Below are positions 1-12,212 of a stretch of 64,000 nt of DNA, one piece after another. Each line of letters opens with the position of its first letter. Within the stretch, counting starts at the first letter, position 1. The position numbers and the translations under genes are program-made. The notes beneath the pieces were generated by a model that saw only the letters and a program-made list of their open reading frames with translations, did no database searches and was not told where the DNA came from. Origin of the DNA: Hyphomonas sp. GTDB lineage: Bacteria; Pseudomonadota; Alphaproteobacteria; Caulobacterales; Hyphomonadaceae. The stretch spans positions 504,154-568,153 of the forward strand of contig JACKIK010000003.1 in the NCBI GenBank assembly GCA_020638455.1, read 5' to 3'.

Positions 1-1
1 T

Positions 2-187
2 AACAATGTTGAGCAGGCCCTGCGTGCTCTGAAGAAGAAGATGCAGCGCGAAGGCCTCTTCCGCGAAATGAAGGCCCGCCAGCACTTCGAGAAGCCCTCC
101 GAAAAGAAAGCCCGCCAGCGCGCCGAGGCCGTCCGCCGCGCCCGCAAGCTGGCCCGCAAGCGCGCCCAGCGCGAAGGCATCGTGTAA
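2..187 (+). CDS. rpsU: 30S ribosomal protein S21 (5'-truncated by window edge)
   Basis: Manual translation [49 protein letters not shown]...GIV*, a typical alphaproteobacterial S21. Confidence 0.96.
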   Translation, partial: NNVEQALRALKKKMQREGLFREMKARQHFEKPSEKKARQRAEAVRRARKLARKRAQREGIV

Positions 188-211
188 GCGCTTCTTATCG
201 CAAGATCTTCG

Positions 212-249
212 AAAGCCCCGTCAGAGCGATCTGGCGGGGCTTTTGCTTT
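212..249. terminator. Intrinsic terminator hairpin after rpsU, probably bidirectional
   Basis: aaagccccgtcaga-gcga-tctggcggggcttt stem followed by T-rich tail, between convergent genes. Confidence 0.75.
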
Positions 250-1636
250 GCGCGGGCCGCTTCCGGAACATGCCTTTCAGCATCTTGCCGAGGTCGCCGA
301 TGCTGGCGCCGTTGACGGCCCCTGCCCGGTAGACGCGGACCGCTACCCAGAGCACGGCCAGCATGGTCACCGCCATCAGGCCCATCTGGGCGAGGACTTC
401 CCACAGCGGCGGATCATGCGGCATGCGCAGGATCAGCAGGAAGGGCGTGAACACCGGCACCCAGGAGGCGATCTCAACAATGCGGGAGCCCGGATCCTGG
501 AACGCGATGAAGATCGCAAACATGGGCAGCATGAGCAGGATCATCATCGGGCTGAGCAGGGTCTGCGCTTCCTGGATCGTGTCGCAGAGAGATCCCAGCG
601 CCATGAAGATGACGCCGTACATGATGTAGCCGAGCACAAAGCTGATCAGGCCGGGAAGCAGGATCTTCGGGCTCATCGCCGCCGCCATGAACGGTGACAG
701 TACGCTCCCTGCTCCCGGCACCCGTGATGCCAGCACGGCAGAGCCGCCGAGCGCGAACATGCCCCACACCAGCATCATGGTGGAGGTAACGGCGAACACA
801 GCCAGCAGCTTGCCTGCCAGCAATTCCCGCATCCGCACCGAGGTCAGCAGCGTGTCGAAGATCTTGTTCGAGCGCTCCTCGATCGTGCCCATCAGCAGGT
901 ACTGGATGATCGAGAAGATCATCAGCCACAGGAAATAGGCGAGGCCGCCGGCAACAAAGACCGGCGCGCGGTCCGCCAGCGTCACTTCGGCGCCGGCCGA
1001 TTCCTGTTCCTCCGCAGAACGGATGCGGCGCGCAGGCACTTTCACTGCGCCGGCTTCAGCCGTATCGATGAAGTCCGTACTGAGCCCCGCGCCCGCCAGC
1101 GCCGTATCGCGGGCCAGTTGGCGCATGGCGTCCCGCGCGACATAGCGCAGCGTCTGGATGTTGACATCGTCGCTCCAGTATTCGAGCTCGCCGCCTTCGG
1201 ATGACAGCACGAAGGCCGCGAACAGGGGCTTGTCGCCATCGGGGCCGGCAACCGTACGCTCGCCCAGCAGGTAGGGCCGCAGCCCATCGAGATCCGTCGC
1301 CGGCGCCGGCACTTCCACGAACTTCCGTTCCCGGATGGCCTTGATATTGCCGGGTGCGCCCGCCTGCGCGGGAAGTTGCATGGTGTCGCTGAGCGCTTCG
1401 GCCTGGTCCTGCTCCTCAGCCTCGTCATGACGGAACTGCGCATTGATTGCATCGGCATAGACATGGCCGGGTTCGATCACGGCATAGTAGCGCACAGGTG
1501 AGGATTGCGCCGCAAAGGCGGCGAACAGCGCTCCGACCCCCATGAACATCGGCACCGCCGCAAGGCTGAGCCAGAACCCCCAGGCTTTCACATAACCGAG
1601 GTAGTCGCGCCGGAAGATGAGAAAGATATTCCTCAC
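221..1636 (-). CDS. ABC-2 type transporter permease (NatB/YhaP-like)
   Basis: N-terminal TM, large periplasmic loop, EERSNKIFDTLL motif, LLAGKLL, C-terminal TMs; overlaps the ATPase gene by 4 nt. Confidence 0.88.
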   Translation of the reverse strand: MRNIFLIFRRDYLGYVKAWGFWLSLAAVPMFMGVGALFAAFAAQSSPVRYYAVIEPGHVYADAINAQFRHDEAEEQDQAEALSDTMQLPAQAGAPGNIKAIRERKFVEVPAPATDLDGLRPYLLGERTVAGPDGDKPLFAAFVLSSEGGELEYWSDDVNIQTLRYVARDAMRQLARDTALAGAGLSTDFIDTAEAGAVKVPARRIRSAEEQESAGAEVTLADRAPVFVAGGLAYFLWLMIFSIIQYLLMGTIEERSNKIFDTLLTSVRMRELLAGKLLAVFAVTSTMMLVWGMFALGGSAVLASRVPGAGSVLSPFMAAAMSPKILLPGLISFVLGYIMYGVIFMALGSLCDTIQEAQTLLSPMMILLMLPMFAIFIAFQDPGSRIVEIASWVPVFTPFLLILRMPHDPPLWEVLAQMGLMAVTMLAVLWVAVRVYRAGAVNGASIGDLGKMLKGMFRKRPAQSKSPARSL

Positions 1637-2628
1637 GATGCCAGCGCCCCTTCCCGCAAAGCATGTTCCGTTTCGGCCGCGTCCAGCCTTGCGGCTTCGG
1701 CATCGCCGACCAGGGCGACGAACACATCGCGCAGGCGCGCTTCGTCCGGCGCGAAACCGGTAATCGGCGCCCCCGCCTCAATGGCCGCCCGCAGGGCGTC
1801 CTGCGGCCCCTGCCCCGGCTTCAGCGCAATCCGCCAGGCATCGCCATGGCCGCGCGCGGCACTGCGGTGTGCCTCGAAGCCTTTTGGCAGGAGGGCTGCG
1901 GCGAGGTCGAACCCTTCTTCCACATCAAGACTGGCACCGCGATCGAGCTTGCCGAAGGCATCGGCCAGCGTGCCGTCGAACACCTTCCGTCCACGTGCCA
2001 TCATCACGATACGGTCACACAGGCGCTCGGCATGTTCCATCACATGCGTCGAGAACAGGATCGTCGCGCCGCGGGCATGCTCGGTGCGGATAAGGTCTTC
2101 CAGACCCTGCTGGTTCACCGGATCGAGCCCGGAGAACGGCTCGTCGAGGATCAGGAAGTCCGGCCGGTGGGCGAGGGTCGCGAGGATCTGCACCTTCTGG
2201 GCCATGCCCTTGGAGAGTTTCGATACGCGGGTGGACCGGAACTCACCGAGCCCCGTCGTCTCCAGGAGTTCGTCCGCGCGGCCTCGGGCCTCGCGCGCCG
2301 ACAACCCCTTGAGGCGGGCAAAATGGGTGATCGTGTCGCGCGCCGTCATCTTCTTGTAGAGGCCACGCTCTTCCGGCAGGAAGCCGACACGCTTCAGCGA
2401 CGCGATGTCGGGCGCGCGTCCGAACAGCCGCACCTCGCCCTCATCGGGCGGCACGACGCCCAGCGCCATCCGCAGGCTCGTCGACTTGCCCGCTCCGTTC
2501 GGTCCAAGGAAGCCGATGATCCGCCCGTCCGGCACGTCCAGCGACAGGCGGTCAACAGCCGTGAAGCTGCCATAGCGTTTGGTCACCTCAGTCAGGACGA
2601 GAGGAGATTCTGCCAATCGCTTCTCCAT
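1633..2628 (-). CDS. ABC transporter ATP-binding protein (YhaQ-like)
   Basis: Walker A GPNGAGKST, signature LSKGMAQK, Walker B LILDEPFSGLD, H-loop STH; start chosen at MEKRL. Confidence 0.92.
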   Translation of the reverse strand: MEKRLAESPLVLTEVTKRYGSFTAVDRLSLDVPDGRIIGFLGPNGAGKSTSLRMALGVVPPDEGEVRLFGRAPDIASLKRVGFLPEERGLYKKMTARDTITHFARLKGLSAREARGRADELLETTGLGEFRSTRVSKLSKGMAQKVQILATLAHRPDFLILDEPFSGLDPVNQQGLEDLIRTEHARGATILFSTHVMEHAERLCDRIVMMARGRKVFDGTLADAFGKLDRGASLDVEEGFDLAAALLPKGFEAHRSAARGHGDAWRIALKPGQGPQDALRAAIEAGAPITGFAPDEARLRDVFVALVGDAEAARLDAAETEHALREGALAS

Positions 2629-2733
2629 GGCACGGGTTTTCGTGCATGCCTTTTGCGTTTGTCGATAAGGCTTCGTTTTCTTTGCCCTGATGTGCCTTGC
2701 CAACCCCTTAAAGGCGTCGCAGCATCAAATCCG

Positions 2734-2985
2734 ATGAAGACGAATATTGGTTCCCACGCACCCGCCTGCCTCGGGCTCAGTGGCGCACCGCGATCCGGTC
2801 GGCCGCATGCGGAGACGGACGCAAGGCTGCTGGTCTTGGCGCGGATCGAAGCGGCGCTGGCCCGGATGGATGCGGGCCGCTACGGGCTGTGCGTTACGTG
2901 CGACGGGCGCATAGGGCTCGACCGCCTCGAAGCCGATCCGGCCGAGGCGGTGTGCGCATCCTGTATGCAGGAAAAGCCGGCCTGA
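2734..2985 (+). CDS. Short DksA/TraR-family C4 zinc-finger protein
   Basis: IEAALARMDAGRYGLCVTC-x-IGLDRLEADP-x-CASC; this is the tail of the 1663..2985 ORF, with ATG at 2734. Confidence 0.75.
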   Translation: MKTNIGSHAPACLGLSGAPRSGRPHAETDARLLVLARIEAALARMDAGRYGLCVTCDGRIGLDRLEADPAEAVCASCMQEKPA

Positions 2986-2992
2986 ACCGTCC

Positions 2993-3295
2993 TCAGATCA
3001 GGACGCCGAACAGCCAGATCATGAACTGGACGAACAGGCCGAGGATCAGCAGCAGCACCAGCGTTGCGAACCACCGCCCGCCCATCTTCAGCAAAAGGCC
3101 GGCACCGATGCCGACCACTGCCATGATGCCCAGCGACACGGCCCAGTGCAGGCCCAGCGGGATCGTCAGGATGGCATGGCCAAGGATGAGGAACAGCATA
3201 AGGCTGCCCCAGAGGGAAAACCTGATGAAGCCGTGCCAGGTGTCTTCCTGCGCATGGATGTCCATTTCGCCGTGATGGTATTCGCCAGCCGTCAT
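2993..3295 (-). CDS. aa3-type cytochrome c oxidase subunit IV family protein
   Basis: EYHHGEMDIHAQEDTWHGFIRF motif followed by TM helices. Confidence 0.8.
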   Translation of the reverse strand: MTAGEYHHGEMDIHAQEDTWHGFIRFSLWGSLMLFLILGHAILTIPLGLHWAVSLGIMAVVGIGAGLLLKMGGRWFATLVLLLILGLFVQFMIWLFGVLI

Positions 3296-3390
3296 GAAAG
3301 GCCTCTCCCCGTAAACCGCAAAATCAGTCGCTGTTGCCGTAATATCGAAGGTGCTGCAGGGGTCAAGCGCGGCAATACGCCGTCGCTGCC

Positions 3391-3831
3391 TCAGTTTACC
3401 GGTCCCTTGGGCTTCGGAACGGGCGGCGTGAAGGCCGGCGGCAGCGGTGCGGCAGGCACGCCTTCCTCCTTCAGCGCCTCGCGCTCCTCAGCCGTTGTTT
3501 CGCCCCAGATCGGCCGGTCGTCCTGCTCGCCATAGTACATCGAGCGGGCCTCGTCGGCGAAACTGTCGCCGACATAGTCGAAATTCTCGGCAACGTGCTG
3601 ACGGGCCCTGGCCGCGAATTCCTGCATCAGCTTTTCCGGGACCGGCGGCTCATTACTGGCCCTTGTGCCCTTCACGGCCGGCGCCATGATCTGCTTTTCC
3701 ACGCGCGACGATCCGCAATCCACACAACGCACGAGGCGCTTTGCCTTCTGCCCGTCATACGCGGTGGACGAGGCAAACCAGGCCTCGAATTCCGCCTCGC
3801 AGGCCTTGCAGTGGAGGGCATAGCGGATCAC
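3391..3831 (-). CDS. DUF1178 family protein
   Basis: MIRYALHC..C..EFEAWFASS, CxxCGS, VEKQIMAP, FDYVGDSFADEAR, IWGE. Confidence 0.88.
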   Translation of the reverse strand: MIRYALHCKACEAEFEAWFASSTAYDGQKAKRLVRCVDCGSSRVEKQIMAPAVKGTRASNEPPVPEKLMQEFAARARQHVAENFDYVGDSFADEARSMYYGEQDDRPIWGETTAEEREALKEEGVPAAPLPPAFTPPVPKPKGPVN

Positions 3832-3843
3832 AGGCTGTCTCCG

Positions 3844-4104
3844 TCAGTGCGCCGCCAGCAGCGCGTCGAGTTTTCCGGCCCGCTCCAGCGCCATCATGTC
3901 ATCGCAGCCGCCAATATGCGTGTCGCCGATGAAGATCTGCGGGAAGGTACGCCCGCCGTGCGCACGCTGAACCATTTCGGCCTTTTTCGCAGCGTTCATG
4001 CCGGCGTCGATCTCTTCAAAGTCCACTTTCTTATTGCGCAGCAGGGCAACTGCCCGGGTGCAATAGGGACAGAATGCCCGCGTGTAGATCGTCACCTTCG
4101 CCAT
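3844..4104 (-). CDS. grxC: Glutaredoxin 3
   Basis: CPYC active site, TFPQIFI, GGCDD. Confidence 0.95.
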   Translation of the reverse strand: MAKVTIYTRAFCPYCTRAVALLRNKKVDFEEIDAGMNAAKKAEMVQRAHGGRTFPQIFIGDTHIGGCDDMMALERAGKLDALLAAH

Positions 4105-4134
4105 CCGGCGCTCCTTTGGAATCATTTCATGTGA

Positions 4135-4905
4135 CTATATGGTGACATCGATTTCCCGGACAACGCGGGCCAGCACCAATACGTCGACTTGCCGCGCCCC
4201 TGCCTGTTTCAGGGCACGTACGCACGCGGCAAGGGTCGCGCCGGTCGTAAGCACGTCGTCGACCAGCAGCACGCGCTTGCCGGACACCCTTGCAGCGGCG
4301 CTTTTGCGGACGGCAAAGGCCCCGGCGACATTCCGCCGGCGGGCCCGCGCCGAAAGGCCGCCCTGCGTCGGTGTACGGCGCGTACGCTTCAGCGCATCCA
4401 CCAGGACGGGCGTGCCGGACTGCCGGCCCACGGCGGTTGCCAGCCAGGCCGACTGGTTGAAGCCACGGCTGGCCAGCCGGACATAGTGCAGCGGCACCGG
4501 CACGATCACGTCCGCTTCTTCCAGCAGCGCAGCGCCAGACCGCGCCATCCACGTGGCAAAGGTCTCGAGCCCGTCGCGCCGGCCCGACCGCTTCAGGTCC
4601 AGCACAAGACGGCGGGAGTCTGCGTCATAGACGAACGCCGCGCGCGCACGCTGCCAGCGGGGCGGCCGGGCGATACAGGCGGCGCAGACCGTTCCCTCGC
4701 CCATATCCACGCTGTGTGGAGCGCCGCAGCGGTCACAGACAGCGCTGTCGAGGAAGCGGATACGGGTAAATTCCGCAGGCGTCAGGGGTCCCTTGCCGGC
4801 GCCGCGCTCCCGGCTGACGAGTGAACGCGGCGGCCAGACGAAGTCCGCGGCCTGGCGCAGAAAGGCCTTTGCCACCCGGCCCGGCTGGTCCATATCGCGC
4901 GCCAT
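4135..4905 (-). CDS. comF: ComF family protein (double zinc ribbon + phosphoribosyltransferase domain)
   Basis: CDRCG...CAAC, VPVPLH, RGFNQS, LLVDDVLTTGATL; start uncertain (4905 or 4893). Confidence 0.88.
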   Translation of the reverse strand: MARDMDQPGRVAKAFLRQAADFVWPPRSLVSRERGAGKGPLTPAEFTRIRFLDSAVCDRCGAPHSVDMGEGTVCAACIARPPRWQRARAAFVYDADSRRLVLDLKRSGRRDGLETFATWMARSGAALLEEADVIVPVPLHYVRLASRGFNQSAWLATAVGRQSGTPVLVDALKRTRRTPTQGGLSARARRRNVAGAFAVRKSAAARVSGKRVLLVDDVLTTGATLAACVRALKQAGARQVDVLVLARVVREIDVTI

Positions 4906-5827
4906 GACGCCGCCTGGCTCTCCCCCTGCTCCGCCGCGCCTGTTCGACCGTGCGCGTATTGCGCGCAACCGTGATCGTGCGGCCGCCACCTATGACGACT
5001 ATGCGTTCCTGAAGGACCGTGTGTCGAGCGATCTCTGCGAGCGTCTTCTGGACACGGCCCATACGTTCGAACGCGGCCTGGACCTTGGCTGCCATGACGG
5101 CCGGCTGGCGCGATCGATCGCAGCGACCGGCCGGGCTGCCACGATGGAGGCAACCGACCTCTCCTCCGGCATGGTGGCACAGGCCGCCGCCGCGGGTCTC
5201 GCGGCCCGCGTGCTGAACGAAGAAGCTCCGGACCTGCCGCCCGCCGTCTACGACCTTGTCGTTTCCGCACTGTCCCTGCACTGGGTGAACGACCTGCCGG
5301 GCACGTTGGCGCGCCTGCGCGCAGCCATGAGGCCGGACGGCCTGTTCCTTGCCGCGATGTTCGGCGCGGGCACGCTGTCCGAACTGCGCAGCTGCCTGCT
5401 GGAAGCCGAAACCGAGTTGACCGGGGGGGCTGCGCCGCGCCTGTCGCCGCTGCCGGGCCTCCGCGACATGGCGAGCCTGATGCAGCGCGCCGGCTTTGCC
5501 CTGCCGGTCGCCGACCGGGACAGCGTTGTGGTGCGCTATCGCGACCCGGAGCGCCTGTTGTCGGACCTGAAAGGCATGGGCGAGCGGTCCGCCTTCATGC
5601 CCGGCGCGATCCGGCCCCTGCCCCGCCGCGTGCTGGAGCGCGCCAAGACGCTGTATCGTGACCGGTTCGCCGATGCTGACGGCCGCGTGTGCGCAACGTT
5701 TGAAATCGTGCATGTGTCCGGCTGGGCGCCGGCGCCGGGGCAGCCGAAGCCTCTGAAGCCCGGCAGCGCGAAAGTCAGCCTCGCCAACGCAATTGGCAGG
5801 CCGAAGCCACCGGAAACATCCGGTTAG
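4904..5827 (+). CDS. SAM-dependent methyltransferase (BioC/NDUFAF5-like)
   Basis: LDLGCHDG motif I, LSLHWVNDLPG, GTLSELR, AGFALPVAD, QPKPLKPGSA. Confidence 0.88.
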   Translation: MTPPGSPPAPPRLFDRARIARNRDRAAATYDDYAFLKDRVSSDLCERLLDTAHTFERGLDLGCHDGRLARSIAATGRAATMEATDLSSGMVAQAAAAGLAARVLNEEAPDLPPAVYDLVVSALSLHWVNDLPGTLARLRAAMRPDGLFLAAMFGAGTLSELRSCLLEAETELTGGAAPRLSPLPGLRDMASLMQRAGFALPVADRDSVVVRYRDPERLLSDLKGMGERSAFMPGAIRPLPRRVLERAKTLYRDRFADADGRVCATFEIVHVSGWAPAPGQPKPLKPGSAKVSLANAIGRPKPPETSG

Positions 5828-5835
5828 GCGATGCC

Positions 5836-6021
5836 TCAGCCGTTGATGCTGCTGGCGACCGTATTCATGTGATTGTTGATGTTGACGCCGATCGAGGTGA
5901 TCGAGCCGACGATGGCAATGGCGATCAGGCCAATCACGAGGGCGTATTCAACTGCCGTCGCACCCCGCTCATCGGCGAGGAAACGCAACAGGTACTGGTC
6001 CTTGTGGGCGCGCATGCTCAC
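5836..6021 (-). CDS. Flp/Fap type IVb pilin
   Basis: RFLADERG|ATAVEYALVIGLIAIAIV prepilin cleavage and Flp motif; overlaps mutT stop. Confidence 0.9.
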   Translation of the reverse strand: MSMRAHKDQYLLRFLADERGATAVEYALVIGLIAIAIVGSITSIGVNINNHMNTVASSING

Positions 6022-6431
6022 TCCATCATGGGCTTACCCGACAGCACTTCGAACAGAGGCAGGTCTGCCGGAGGTGCCGGATAGTCAGACAGACGCGACG
6101 CAGGCACCCAGGCAATCGCTTGCCCCTCACGCGGATGCACGTCGCCACGCCATGCATGACACTCGTATAATGGCATCAGCAGGTGAAAGTCCGGATAAGC
6201 GAAACTGGCGAATGTAACCGGCCTGAGATCGGATTCGTTAACCGTGATCGCCAGTTCCTCAGCCAGTTCGCGCACCAGGGCCGCTTCCGGCGACTCGCCG
6301 GCCTCGACCTTGCCGCCCGGAAACTCCCACAATCCCGCGAGTTGCTTGCCTTCCGGCCGCCGGGCCAGGAGGATTTCGCCTTTGTCGTTGTACAGCGCGG
6401 CGGCAACCACCAGGACGAGCCGGCGGCTCAT
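6018..6431 (-). CDS. mutT: 8-oxo-dGTP diphosphatase (Nudix)
   Basis: WEFPGGKVEAGESPEAALVRELAEEL Nudix box; ATGA overlap with argJ. Confidence 0.9.
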   Translation of the reverse strand: MSRRLVLVVAAALYNDKGEILLARRPEGKQLAGLWEFPGGKVEAGESPEAALVRELAEELAITVNESDLRPVTFASFAYPDFHLLMPLYECHAWRGDVHPREGQAIAWVPASRLSDYPAPPADLPLFEVLSGKPMME

Positions 6432-7678
6432 GTCCGGTAGGCCCCGTTTATGTCGACATAGCCGTGCGTGAGGTCGCAGGTCCACATGGTCGCGGACTCG
6501 ATCCCGGCGCCGACATCGACGCGGATCGTGAACTCGCGCCTGGCGAAGACCGCGCTTGCGGCCTCTTCGCTGTAGCCCGGCATGCGCGCGCCATCCCTGG
6601 CCACCTGCACATCGTCGAACCAGATGGCGAGCGCCTCGTCATCGATCGGCTCCATCGACTTGCCGACCGCCATGACGATCCGGCCCCAGTTCGCATCGCC
6701 TGCCGCCATCGCCGTCTTGATCAGTGGCGAATTGGCGATCTCGCGGGCGATGACGCGGGCGGAAAAATGCGAGAACGCCCCGGTCACTTCGATGGTCACG
6801 AATTTCTGCGCGCCTTCGCCATCCTTCACGACCAGCTGGGCGAGTTCGAGACAGACCGAGTGAAGGGCCATCGCAACGGCGTCGAGGCGCGGGTCGTCGC
6901 GGGAGACGATCGGCGCCATGCCGCTTGCTCCGGTCGCGAACACCATCAGCGTGTCGGATGTGGACGTGTCGCCATCGACCGTGATGCAGTTGAAGGTTTC
7001 GTCCGTGACTTCGGTCAGCACTTCCTGAAGCACGTCCGGCGCAATCGCGGCATCGGTGAACACATAGGCCAGCATGGTTGCCATGTTCGGCGCGATCATG
7101 CCGGACCCTTTGACAATCCCGGCGAAACTCACGGCCGTGCCGTCGAGGTCGAGCGTCGTGCCCGATGCCTTGGCGAAGGTGTCGGTGGTCATGAAGGCGC
7201 GGGTGGCGGCTTCCCAGTCGGGCGGGCCAAGGCGTGCGGCAAGTTCCGGAACGATCGAGCCGACGAAGTTCGGGTCCGCCAGCGGCTCGCCGATGACCCC
7301 GGTTGCAGCCAGGAAGCATTGCTGCTTCGGCACGCCGAGCGTTTCGCTCATGGCCTTCAGCGTCGCTTCGTTCTTCTCCCGCCCCTTCGGGCCGGTGAAG
7401 GCGTTGGAATTGCCGGAATTGGCAACCAGCGCGCGGGCCTGTCCCTTCCCTTCCTCCAGCGCTTCGCGGCACCACAGCACGTCGGCCGAGGCGGTGCGCG
7501 AGACGGTATAGACCCCGGCGCAGGTCGTGCCCGGATCGAAGACGAACAGGAAGACATCGTCGCGCGTGACACCGCGCTTTGCATAAAAGCCGCGCGAGCC
7601 GGTCGCGGCGCGAACGCCCTTCACTTCAGGCAGGACGGGAAAGGCGGCGGGCGCAAAGGGCGACGGTGTCAGCTTCAA
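6428..7678 (-). CDS. argJ: Bifunctional ornithine acetyltransferase/N-acetylglutamate synthase
   Basis: NSGNSNAFTG, MTTDT, KGSGMIAPNMATML, VDGDTSTSD, DANWGRI, CDLTHGYVDING. Confidence 0.96.
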   Translation of the reverse strand: MKLTPSPFAPAAFPVLPEVKGVRAATGSRGFYAKRGVTRDDVFLFVFDPGTTCAGVYTVSRTASADVLWCREALEEGKGQARALVANSGNSNAFTGPKGREKNEATLKAMSETLGVPKQQCFLAATGVIGEPLADPNFVGSIVPELAARLGPPDWEAATRAFMTTDTFAKASGTTLDLDGTAVSFAGIVKGSGMIAPNMATMLAYVFTDAAIAPDVLQEVLTEVTDETFNCITVDGDTSTSDTLMVFATGASGMAPIVSRDDPRLDAVAMALHSVCLELAQLVVKDGEGAQKFVTIEVTGAFSHFSARVIAREIANSPLIKTAMAAGDANWGRIVMAVGKSMEPIDDEALAIWFDDVQVARDGARMPGYSEEAASAVFARREFTIRVDVGAGIESATMWTCDLTHGYVDINGAYRT

Positions 7679-8631
7679 AGTTCGGTTCCTGGTGGCTTCG
7701 GGGCAGGCGTCTCGTCCGGCGGACCGCCATCGCCCGTGTCGGGAAGCCTGTAAGGGGTTGCCGGCACGGCGTCGAGAGCCGGTTCGCCTTTTGCGATATG
7801 CGCCTCTGCCTTCAGGCGCCGGATCAGCTTTGCCATCTGCTCGAAGGTGAGGAAGGTGACGATTTCCGGGCGCATCTGGTCGCGCGTCTGCGGCGGCTTG
7901 GAGCGGCGGTCCTTGACCTTCAGGATATGCCAGCCGTCATCCGCCTTGAACGGCGGCGAAACCTCCCCGACGCCGGTATTGGCGATCACTTCCGGGAACG
8001 GTTCCGGCTCGTCATTCGGCGAGACATAGCCAAGACTGCCCTTCTCCATGCGCGTGGCGCTGTCCTTGGAATGGCTGACCACGAGGCTCTCGAAATTCTC
8101 ACCCGCCTGGATCCGGTCGAACAGCTGCTGCGCCTCCTCCTGCGTGTCGACCAGGATGTGCGCAACCAGCACCTGGTCGTCATCCTGCTGCAGGGCGACC
8201 TGCTCCTTGTACATCTTCTCGATGTCATCCTCGGTGACCTGCTCGGCCACGACGCTTTCGACCAGCAGGTTGCCGAGGATACGGTCACGCGCCCGCGCCA
8301 GCCGCCGCTGCGACGCCGGGTCCTTGTCCAGGCCCCGGCGCAGGGCCTCCTGCGCCATCAGCTTTTCCTCGACCAGCTGGTTCAGCACGGAATCATAGTC
8401 GGCATTGCCGGGGCCGATCTGCTGGCCGGCCGATACCAGGCCGCGGGCAACCGCTTCCAGTTCCACATCGCTGACATAGATCTTGTCGCCATTCACGGTT
8501 GCGGCGACCGCGCCGTCGACCATGACCGGGGTTTCGTCGGGCGGCGGCGCATTGCAGGCGCAAATCGAGAGAATCAGGGACGCGGCGACGAGGTGGCGGA
8601 TTCCCGCCTTCTGGGCCATCAGATTCGGCAC
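7675..8631 (-). CDS. Parvulin/PpiC-type peptidylprolyl isomerase, probable lipoprotein
   Basis: VAHILV, SKDS...GSLGY, GEVSPPFK...GWHILKV; lipobox-like ICAC; divergent from secA. Confidence 0.88.
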   Translation of the reverse strand: MPNLMAQKAGIRHLVAASLILSICACNAPPPDETPVMVDGAVAATVNGDKIYVSDVELEAVARGLVSAGQQIGPGNADYDSVLNQLVEEKLMAQEALRRGLDKDPASQRRLARARDRILGNLLVESVVAEQVTEDDIEKMYKEQVALQQDDDQVLVAHILVDTQEEAQQLFDRIQAGENFESLVVSHSKDSATRMEKGSLGYVSPNDEPEPFPEVIANTGVGEVSPPFKADDGWHILKVKDRRSKPPQTRDQMRPEIVTFLTFEQMAKLIRRLKAEAHIAKGEPALDAVPATPYRLPDTGDGGPPDETPAPKPPGTEL

Positions 8632-8817
8632 GATTTACACTCCCGGCGGCTGAGGGCGCTGCATTGACACCCCTTTGCGGCGTTCTTAAGTCTCACCCGC
8701 GCGCCGGTCGAGAGGGTTCGGGCGGTGCAATCCGGTGGGAGACCCCGCGAATATCCTGTGGTGTAACCTGTCAGGATGAGTGTTTTCTCACCACAGACCT
8801 GATGGGTACTGCCTGAT

Positions 8818-11583
<2,766 letters not shown>

Positions 11584-11588
11584 ACGCA

Positions 11589-12101
11589 ATGGCCCGGCTG
11601 GTGATGCTGTCGGGCCTGCCGGGGTCCGGCAAATCCACACTGGGTCGGCTGCTCGCCGAGCGGACAGGCGCAGAATATTTGCGGATCGATGTCTTCGAAC
11701 AGGCGCTGCGCGATCAGAACGGCCCCGACTTCGATGTCGGGACAGGCGGCTACCAGCAAGGCTATGAGCTGGCCAGGCATCACCTCCGGGCTGGACGCGA
11801 TGTGATCGCCGACGCGGTCAACGCTGTCGAAGCGGCAAGACAAGGCTGGCGCAAGGTCGCCGGATTGGCTGCGGCAGAAATCATCGAGATCGAGATTGTC
11901 TGTTCGGATGCAGATGAAGTCCGCGACCGGCTACGGACGCGTGAGACAGGTATCGCAGGGCTCGCACCCGTGACGATCGAGGCCGTGCAGGCCCGTCTCT
12001 GGGATGCCAATCCCCATTGCGGCCACAGGCTCGATACAGCCGCCCGAGACGTGCCCGACTGTCTGGCAGACCTTCTGCAGATGGCAGGACTTGCCGCCTG
12101 A
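11589..12101 (+). CDS. P-loop kinase (AAA_33 family)
   Basis: SGLPGSGKSTL Walker A, YLRID, DVIADAVN. Confidence 0.8.
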   Translation: MARLVMLSGLPGSGKSTLGRLLAERTGAEYLRIDVFEQALRDQNGPDFDVGTGGYQQGYELARHHLRAGRDVIADAVNAVEAARQGWRKVAGLAAAEIIEIEIVCSDADEVRDRLRTRETGIAGLAPVTIEAVQARLWDANPHCGHRLDTAARDVPDCLADLLQMAGLAA

Positions 12102-12212
12102 ACGTTGCCCTGAACATTCCGTAATCTTTCCTTCCCGGCGCCGCCTGAACGCCCTGACCCTGCCGTGCGCGGCCTGCATCTCGGCAGCCTCCACAAGCCT
12201 GGAGGACAGACC

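Noticed and set aside
1663-2733. N-terminal 357 codons of the 440-aa ORF ending at 2985
   Set aside because: Antisense to the ABC ATPase; only the last 83 codons look like a real (DksA-like) protein.
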